NCBI GenBank assembly: GCA_937625935.1
Contig: OW569360.1
Location: forward strand, 372,001 to 436,000
DNA from: Tetramitus jugosus
Lineage: Eukaryota; Protista; Heterolobosea
Direction: 5' to 3'
Length of the DNA: 64,000 bases
In this document: piece after piece, positions 56,001-64,000 of the stretch
Layout: each line of letters starts with the position of its first letter
Position numbering within the stretch: the first letter of the stretch is position 1
Program-made: the position numbers and the translations under genes
The notes under the pieces: generated by a model
The model's input: the letters and a program-made list of their open reading frames with translations, nothing else
Told to the model about the DNA's origin: nothing
Database searches by the model: none

Positions 56001-59000
56001 TCTATTCGCTGGTTCAGTCCTGATTTCACTTTTGCAAAGCATCTACAAGAAGTTCGCTGTTGCTGATTTCATAGAAGTTATTAAGGTTCTTTTCGGTGGC
56101 AAGTCACCAATTCACCAGTTTCTAAGTCGTGCAAATAGTGAGTTTGATGTAGCATTGATTAATGTCTGGTCCGCTGTGTTGGCCTGTGGGGATCAACCTG
56201 AAATATCAAACACCGTGTGGGAGCAGTATTTCTCCAAGTTGTGTACAGCTGTTCCATCAAAGACCAGCAACGACAAACAACTCGTTCAGTCTGTCATAGA
56301 CCTAATTATGGTTCTTCCTGTTTGTCAATCACAACAGTTAATGAGAGTTATGCTATCTCATATGTCTCCACTGCTCGTAGAGTTATTATCCACTCATGCC
56401 ATTCAAAATGAGAAGTATCGCGCTGTTTTGAGCTCGATTGTTCTGAACGATAGAGTCATATTTGGAATTATTACTGATTCATTGGCTGACAAAGAGAGAC
56501 ATCTTTTGCCTTTATTCCATGCTATTGTCTCATATGCTCACAAATATGTTCTCCAGCACAAGCAAGATGAAGCATCGACCTACCAGATAGATCCTTTCGT
56601 TTGTATCGAGTCAGATCTGCTATCTTCTTTGCTCAAAGATGTATCAAAATCTGAGATTTACCTCGATACTTGTGCCATTATTGTTGCAAATAGCTGTGCT
56701 TATGATGAAGTAACTCTCAGTTATATACATAGCGCAATCAAGAAACACAAGACTGTAAGCGCTGAGGCTGTGAGAATACTCAGCGCATATGTGCACTCTC
56801 TGGTAAGAGTGAAATCTGGAGATCAATCCAAACTCGTTCTCAATGATGTGCTACTCAAAGATATTATTACTGAATGTCAATTACTATCGAAACTCTATCG
56901 CACAATTAGTGATTCGAAGGTTTCAATGGATCATTGTCGATTTGCGCTTGAAGTTGCCAAGTTTATTACCGAGCAATCTTCAGCAAACTTGTCGGATCTC
57001 TTTGTTGGTGTTCTATCAGAGATTCTCTCTGTTTCTTCAACTCAAAGTGATATCACTACCATAATTAATCACAGCTGGAGTAGCAAGGAGCAATACTCCA
57101 TCGCTCAAGTCCTATTTGTCGAATACTTGTTGAGTGGTGTGCAGAAATCTGAGTTGAAATTGGCTGTTGTGCTCAAATTCCTGTCCATGATCTCTCGTTC
57201 ATTCGACAAGAAGAGTGTTGAACAAAAGTATTACTTGAATGTTATGGTGAGCCATGTGAGATCCATGTTGCTTGACAGTACAACTGCCGAGTTAATTACG
57301 TTGCACAAACCAAGTATTGCATCTTACATTGGACAATTCTGTACGACGATGTTGGAATCAGCTTGCCTTGATAATAATGATTTCCTGTTGCTCTCCATTG
57401 ATTTGTTGAGGTTGAGACTGTTAACAGACAGCACGATCGAAACAATAACCAATCAACTGTTAAAAGAGAGTTCGTTCAAAACTCTCATCAGTAAGAACGC
57501 TGATGTGAAATATGATGCGATCATTGAGCGAGACATTGGTTATTTGTTGGAGAACACTGCTCAAAAGGTTGGTCACCGTGCCAATACGGTTACATTACTG
57601 TTGTTGCTATTGCAATTATTAAGAACTACCTCCGCGACCTCGAGACAACAAATCCTCGAGAACAACTCGACTCTTCTTCCTCAACTTCTTTCAATCTATG
57701 GCGCTCGTCTGAGTGAAAGAGACTTGATTCTCTACGACATTTTCACTGCCTTCGAAATATCTGGTGCTGGCCTGCTTTATAAGCACTACTATGCATTCGG
57801 AAGCGATCAAGCTTTTATGAACAAGGAAATTTATGAATCTCAAGGTTGGAACAACTTTAAGGTCGACAATCACTTTTTGGAAACGATTCACAACTTTCCA
57901 AATAGGATCAAGTTGTATAGCAACCATGAGAACGTTCAAAAGAGTGTGGCAAAGGTGGCGCATGTTTCAGAGTTGTATGACCCTCGTTACCTTCTGAGAT
58001 GGATCCTATTTTTGACCATTGCCTTCAACAACGAAACTATCGATACTGCTATGTTCACTTCGCCTGCACTGGCTCTGGCAGTTCGAGCTACAGGTTCCAA
58101 AGATCACACACTCCGTCAGTTGGCCTACGAAATTCTAGCTCGAATTAGCTTAATGATGAAAAAGCAACTCAGAAATGCCAAGTCATCTGCCAAGAAGATT
58201 CCAACTGAATACTCGTTGATACTCGGTTTCTTGGTTCAGCTTAAGGCATCCGTCAAATCACCTTATAAGATGTTACCCAATCTGATGGCGTTGTTCTTAA
58301 GCAAGATTGCATACATATTGAGAAACCCAGCAGACGCTGCCTACGCTCAATGTGTTCGCTACTTCACCAGAACATCATCCATCAAGCTGGATACCTTCCC
58401 AATTTTCCAACACAGCTTGTTTGCATCAATGTCCTCCGTGGGTTATGATTGGTTGATGGACTTCTTACTCTATGGAGCATCTGACACAAGAAGCGCCTTC
58501 CTGTTCGAACATGCCCTACCAAAGAAGAATCTATTGCAAGAAATTCTCCTATTGTTCGATGGTTCCTCTACCAATTCGAGCACTACATCCAAGGTTAATG
58601 CTTTTGTGATTAGATTCCTTCGACAACTCAGTACCGTCGACAATGGAGCTCTCTGTGTTTCCAATGGTGTTTTGTCATGGTGTGCACAACAGTTGAATGA
58701 GTCTGCCATGCATGAAAATGATCGTAACTCATTGTTGGAGATACTAACGACAATTGTTGATTCGTACAATGTACGCTCTGTGACTGACTCGACCTCTCTT
58801 GTCAATCAGATCCACACAGTCATCAGAGCAGCTCTATCTCTTCCAATGTCTAACAAGTTAGTATTTGGTCTGTTGAATAGCTGCTTCGTTTTTATTCACA
58901 AGTTGCTGAGCACGACTGCAAACCAAGAACTTCGCAACAAACCATTTGTTGACATCCAGACTCTTCAAAAGTTGATGGAATCAATTGATTGTAACTCTAG

Positions 59001-59943
59001 ATTGAGCATTGAATGCGGATTAGAAATTATTATTCTATCGACCCTTGCCGTACCAAGTTTGAATAGCTATGATGCAAAATTGGTTGCCAGCAGATTGTGC
59101 GGTTCTGAAGATAATGTACAGGCGCTTGTCTCTGTGATCCAACGTAGTTTATTGATTGTTCATAGAGCCTTGGATCAAGGAGTACTAATATCATCGAACC
59201 TTCCTGAATTCTTGCTTAGATGGTTGGCCTGCATCATTCATTGTGTGTCATCATTGGAAGGCGCACGGAGAGAAACAGTAGTCAAACTCATCTTCTTCAA
59301 GGTTAATGCCTTGCTGCTTCCTTTCTATTCAAGAGAAAGCACACGCACACTCAACGCAATTCAGAGCTTGAACTTTATCCACGCAATGACCTACCCATAC
59401 TTATCGAGCGATTTGAGTGACAAGGCCCTCTCATTACTCAACAATATTCCTCTGTCGCAAGATTTCTTAGATATGAAGGACTTTAGATCGTACAGCAAGA
59501 GCAAAACTCTACAACATACTGCAAGCTCCAGTCCACAAAAGCTGAAGATTACCAACTATCTGGCACAAGTGCATTATCATGCATCTGTCTTCTTCCGAAG
59601 AGTGCCAACATTTGAGACTGCAACTGACATGTCTGACGATGAAGGATCACTGATATCCAAGCATTGTCCAACCATGTACTCGACTATTGAGTGGTTCACA
59701 GAAAAGATGGATGACATCGAAAGACCAGAGTCACTCCAAGTCGAGGAAGCCAGCCAGGATGATCTCTATGACTACTCTCTCTTCGACTCTGGATATCGTA
59801 AGCCAACCACAACCACTCTCGCACCCGACGCTGACTCTGACTCGGATTCGGACTCAGATGAGAGCAGCAGTAGCAGCGACTCTTCTGACTCAGAATCGGA
59901 CGATGAGGCAGAGCAACCATCCAAATCAAGAAAGATCAAATAA
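53020..59943 (+). CDS. URB1: URB1/NPA1-like nucleolar pre-ribosomal protein (exons 53020-53505, 53617-59943)
   Basis: ~2270-aa helical protein; YDPRYLL, ALALAVRATGSKDHTLRQLAYEIL in the NopRA1-like region; intron GTATGT..ACTAAC..GTAG in frame. Confidence 0.72.
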
Positions 59944-60095
59944 AAATAATTGAGATATCGTTCCCGTATCAAATTCAAATTGTAAGCCATGGATTCACTC
60001 AGGTTTGGTTGAAGCCCCTTCAGCTTTCTAAAGATCCTCCGATTGAGAAAAACAAACCATACCTGATTAGAATTTGGTGACACACAAAGCTGAAG

Positions 60096-61517
60096 ATGCC
60101 AAGCAAATATTCTAAGGTTTCCACAACTCCAATATCAAGAAATGCTCGCGACAAGATCTTGATCCTGTGCTGGTCTAGTGTACTGCTACTGTTGCTGCTC
60201 CTCCCTGCGTCAACTGTCACTGCTGCCACCACCTCGAGTGACAACTTGATTGAAATCGAGATTACGGATGCAAATCCGACCTATCTTCAACTGTGTCTCA
60301 CGTGGAACAATAGTCCATCCACTGTGGCTCACTCGGTTCAAATTTCATCCTACGACTGGGACAACAATAAGGAGGATCCGCAAAAGGGATGGTACGACAT
60401 GACCATCGCACCCTACAATCCCAAGTGTTGGTACTTTGGTGCTCCGAACGCAGTCTCATTCATCTACGCGCCTACGTCGTTCCAAATCTCAAAGTACGCC
60501 GGATCGGAGAGCAGTAGCAACACGGCTGACCCAAACAAGATTGTTCTGAAAAATGTTTTGCGCTCGTTGGCTCCCTTGAAGTTGATATTCAATGAAACAG
60601 CACTGAGTAATGGTTCAGTTGTTTACACAAGTGTTCCATTGACGCACAATCTGACTGACAATGGAACAGTCAAGTCGTACAGTGCTGGTGCCACGTACTT
60701 TGATCCGAATCCACCTTATGCATGTAAAATGAGTTCTGTGCCAGAGCCATACAATGAACTCTATGCGGCGATTCGTGTGCAGGACTGGAAAAATTCTGAG
60801 GTGTGCGGTCAGTGCCTTCGACTGTGCAACAGCAGTGGCTTTTCGGTCGAGGTCATGGTTGTTGATCAGTGTCCTAATGGCAACCCCTGCACAAGGTACA
60901 ACTGGCTCGATATTAGTCCAAAGGCATTTCAATTGTTGAGTAACAATCACCTCGAGTGGGGTATTCAACAACTTGGTTGGCGATATGTAAGGTGTAGTGC
61001 CTTCTCTGCACCGAACCATCGAAACATGGGATTCACTTTGTCTGACTGGTCAGCCGACTATGGATTTGAGCTGCAAGTAGTGAATTATACGATGGGACTT
61101 CGATCCATATCGTTGCGAGCCAATAACAGTAACACGTGGCATTCACTGACCCGAACAAATTTTAACACGTGGACATATAACACTGGAGGACCAAATATCT
61201 CTTGTCCATGTCTACTGAAGCTCGAGTCGATCGTAGGTGAAACAGTAGTTGAATCTCATGTGTTTACTGATAGGATTTCATCGTTGCCAATGAGTCCACA
61301 CTCGATTGCTGGTACGGTACAGTTCTCGCAAGTTCCTGAAGCATATGATCCTCCAAGCAATGAGCCATGCTATTACACGGTACCAGGGACTACTGATACC
61401 CTTCCAAGTGCCTCCAATAGTCAAGGAAATGATGCCAATGGTTTGCATTGTCAGTCGTCGATTCTTTTTTCATTGTTGTGTCTGGTCGTGATCTCTCTTG
61501 TTACAAATATTGTGTAA
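60096..61517 (+). CDS. Expansin-like protein (DPBB + CBM63), secreted, probably GPI-anchored
   Basis: GATYF..AC, CGQCLRL, VMVVDQCP, WLDISPKAF, WRYVRC, WHSLTRTNFNTW; hydrophobic N- and C-termini. Confidence 0.85.
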   Translation: MPSKYSKVSTTPISRNARDKILILCWSSVLLLLLLLPASTVTAATTSSDNLIEIEITDANPTYLQLCLTWNNSPSTVAHSVQISSYDWDNNKEDPQKGWYDMTIAPYNPKCWYFGAPNAVSFIYAPTSFQISKYAGSESSSNTADPNKIVLKNVLRSLAPLKLIFNETALSNGSVVYTSVPLTHNLTDNGTVKSYSAGATYFDPNPPYACKMSSVPEPYNELYAAIRVQDWKNSEVCGQCLRLCNSSGFSVEVMVVDQCPNGNPCTRYNWLDISPKAFQLLSNNHLEWGIQQLGWRYVRCSAFSAPNHRNMGFTLSDWSADYGFELQVVNYTMGLRSISLRANNSNTWHSLTRTNFNTWTYNTGGPNISCPCLLKLESIVGETVVESHVFTDRISSLPMSPHSIAGTVQFSQVPEAYDPPSNEPCYYTVPGTTDTLPSASNSQGNDANGLHCQSSILFSLLCLVVISLVTNIV

Positions 61518-61836
61518 ATCTAGATTGTAGTTTTGTAACCGACTTGAATACGATTGTAATAGACATGTAGATGACAATTAATGAATATGTTTATAATTCC
61601 TTGTCATTGCTGAACCTACGAAATACTCATTCACTGCATTGTCTGGCACGATTACCGAGATCTTGTGAGAAGAATTTGATAAACAACAACAACAAGTTAA
61701 GAATCTGGTGTCAAAGTTCAAAGGAATGTGATCGTAAGTTACATATTGGACATTATTTATTTTCTTCAAAATCGTTGAACTGAAAGCGTTCAGCATCTTT
61801 CAGTTGTACAGCAGTGTGATTCCCTTCTTTTGCTTT

Positions 61837-62439
61837 CTAGTCAGTTGACTCTGCACTCAACGCGTTCTCAAATGCAAACTGAGAAATTGGATTTCTTTGA
61901 GATCTTGGCAACTCGTGTTCTGGAATTTGTTCTTGAGCTCTTCCCAAGACAACAATTGCATTCACAGTGTAATCGTCCTTGTCAGATCGGCTACCAACAA
62001 ATTCTTCATGAATCTTGGCATAGTCGAATCCTCCAATTGGATGAGCGACGAGCTTCATCTCTGAAGCTTGCAATAACAATTGAGCAGTAGCTGCACCTGC
62101 GTCAAAGGAGTGAGTTGGTGAGTCAAACACCTGGCCATAGTAAGAAGCCTTCTTGTAGGACAAAACAATGAGCAAGACATCGGCGTGCTCAACCCACTTT
62201 TGATTCAACTCCATCAAGTGAGTGAATGCCTTGTTCCATGCTTCAGTGTTGGACTTTCTAACATAGACATATCTCCATGGTTGACTGTTGGCATAACTGG
62301 CTGCCCATCTGGAAGCTTCGAACAATTGGTTCATTTCTTCAGTGGAGATTGGCTCAGCATTTTCTGCAAAAGTTCTGGAGGAGTATCTTTCGACGAAGAT
62401 TGGGTTGACTTGGTTTTCGGTGACTCTATCGGATGACAT
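61837..62439 (-). CDS. Nitroreductase-family flavoprotein
   Basis: ERYSSRTF, EASRWAASYANSQPWRY, SFDAGAA, HPIGGFD, RSQRNP. Confidence 0.9.
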   Translation of the reverse strand: MSSDRVTENQVNPIFVERYSSRTFAENAEPISTEEMNQLFEASRWAASYANSQPWRYVYVRKSNTEAWNKAFTHLMELNQKWVEHADVLLIVLSYKKASYYGQVFDSPTHSFDAGAATAQLLLQASEMKLVAHPIGGFDYAKIHEEFVGSRSDKDDYTVNAIVVLGRAQEQIPEHELPRSQRNPISQFAFENALSAESTD

Positions 62440-63169
62440 GACTGTTTTAAGGTGAGTTAACTCTTTTGTTTTGGTGTGTTGGTGTGTTGTTCTCTCATTC
62501 AAAGTCTGAATCAGCTCACCTCTTAAAAAGGTGCGCTTCGGAGGTATGAAACACAAGTGGTGCATGTGGAAATGACCGAAAATTGGCCGATGTATGAACC
62601 TCGCTCCATCTCTTGGCAGCGTTTTGAATGCCGCTCGGTCAAAAAACTGTCGAGGAAACGCTGGTCTGAACTCAGATCTGAATGCAGAGAGGTGGTGAGG
62701 AAATGAGTCCTCTTCACGAGTGAGAATGTGAGAATGTTGGCCAAAGGATGACTTTCGGGCAAAACACCTGGGCTATTTACCACATCAGGCGGATTCATTT
62801 CCGCAATGAATTGGTATTACGAACTATCCGCACCACATAACCACGGCCAATGATTCCTGGTTGGTCATCAAGACATCGAGGGTGCAGTCATTGAAGCGCG
62901 AAGAATTGGACGGCTAGTTTTTTCGCTGTAGCTGGGCAGAATGGTCGGGCGGATTTTCACTCCCGTCAGAAAGATGATGACAAAAAGTCACTTGTCATCG
63001 GAATTTCTACTCCATACACAACAACAAAAAACTCAAAGTAAAAACCTCTCTGCGACGACACCCCAACATAACATTTTGTTTCGACGTGGTGAACATAGAG
63101 AGCCGCAACAAATCATCAACAAACAAACAAACAAACAAACGGGAGTTCGAACACATTGAAAAACCAAAC

Positions 63170-64000
63170 ATGAGTGCCACTACTCCGTTTTATGGTCGGC
63201 CTTCTGCCCTTAAATCAAGCAGTAACTCATCAACAACAACAACAACTGCTTCCACTTCGACCGCAACTGTAACAACAAAAACTACAACATCTCCTGCATC
63301 AATAGCTACAACAACAACAACAACAACAACAAAAGCTACACCAACTATACACACAGCTAGAGTGTCCATCCCTGTATTCAAACAGTATCACAGCAACCTT
63401 CAACAACATCAACAACAGCAGCAACAACAATCCAAAACAGAGTCATATCCAACCAATGTAAAACAATTGATTCATGTGAGAGATAAGCTTGATATGGTTC
63501 AGTCCGAACAGGCATACTTGTTGGACCCGTTGCTCTCACTCTCCAATCACACTCAAGTCTCAGGATTGGACTTGCTCGCACAACAACAACAACAACAACA
63601 ACAACAGGCGAACAACAGTGGAAATAACAAGATTCACTCCACACACAAAACAACAAACAATAATACGAATAATAGTGGTGGTGACTGCGATACGATTTTA
63701 ACAGCTGAAGAGGAGCAACAACAAAAGGATGCACTAGGCAATTTCATAAAGTATGAAACAATGTTCCCATTACCTCCTGGCTTGGAACCACAAGTCTATG
63801 AACAGTTGGCACATGTAAGCTATGAAAACGACATGGTGAACTATGTGATGGCACAGACGACAAAAAAGAAGAAGAAGACGACAGACGACGTAGCAAAGGT
63901 CATGACCAACTTGGACAAGATTTTTGCGTCGTCTCCTCGCTCTCCTTCCTCACCTCGCTCTCCCCGCGTGGTTTCAACCGTTGAAGAAGAAACAGTATTG
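63170..64000 (+). CDS. Hypothetical protein, 5' part (runs off window)
   Basis: Frame open from ATG 63170 to the window end (277 codons), Thr/Gln-rich N-terminus. Confidence 0.7.
   Translation, partial: MSATTPFYGRPSALKSSSNSSTTTTTASTSTATVTTKTTTSPASIATTTTTTTTKATPTIHTARVSIPVFKQYHSNLQQHQQQQQQQSKTESYPTNVKQLIHVRDKLDMVQSEQAYLLDPLLSLSNHTQVSGLDLLAQQQQQQQQQANNSGNNKIHSTHKTTNNNTNNSGGDCDTILTAEEEQQQKDALGNFIKYETMFPLPPGLEPQVYEQLAHVSYENDMVNYVMAQTTKKKKKTTDDVAKVMTNLDKIFASSPRSPSSPRSPRVVSTVEEETVL

Noticed and set aside
62570-63000. GC-richer intergenic stretch considered as RNase P/MRP, SRP or U3 RNA
   Set aside because: No diagnostic conserved boxes found; more likely promoter DNA
63225-63610. (ACA/CAA)n arrays here and throughout the window
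   Set aside because: Ordinary poly-Thr/Gln coding tracts and UTR microsatellites; no CRISPR-like repeat-spacer structure anywhere

Overview
Gene-dense eukaryotic (protist) nuclear DNA: short intergenic spacers, few short GT-AG introns, many (CAA)n/(GAT)n low-complexity tracts. The actin sequence looks Naegleria-like, so a heterolobosean amoeba is likely (inference). It holds about 35 protein genes, including TRM9-like, RsmI, UTP14, a PPR protein, XPO1/CRM1, an LRR protein, IWR1, IMPDH/GMPR, HIBCH/mS47-like, actin with a frameshift, Obg/MTG2, COMMD4, bS6m, SND1, URB1, an expansin-like protein and a nitroreductase. Four dispersed Pol III genes not shown by the ORF track all lie on the minus strand: tRNA-Ile(AAT), 5S rRNA, tRNA-Ser(AGA) and tRNA-His(GTG). 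Main finding: a 5'-truncated non-LTR retrotransposon (21080-22533) with an open ORF, twin 3' hairpins, AATAAA, an A21 tail and a 15-bp target-site duplication. It starts 47 bp upstream of the tRNA-Ser gene with its 5' end facing the tRNA, the same geometry as Dictyostelium TRE5, so it is a candidate tRNA-gene-targeting LINE in an unrelated lineage. Most other non-core DNA also clusters around the Pol III genes: a piggyBac relic, a deletion-riddled copy of a retropepsin gene, other gene relics, an 86-bp perfect palindrome and hairpins.
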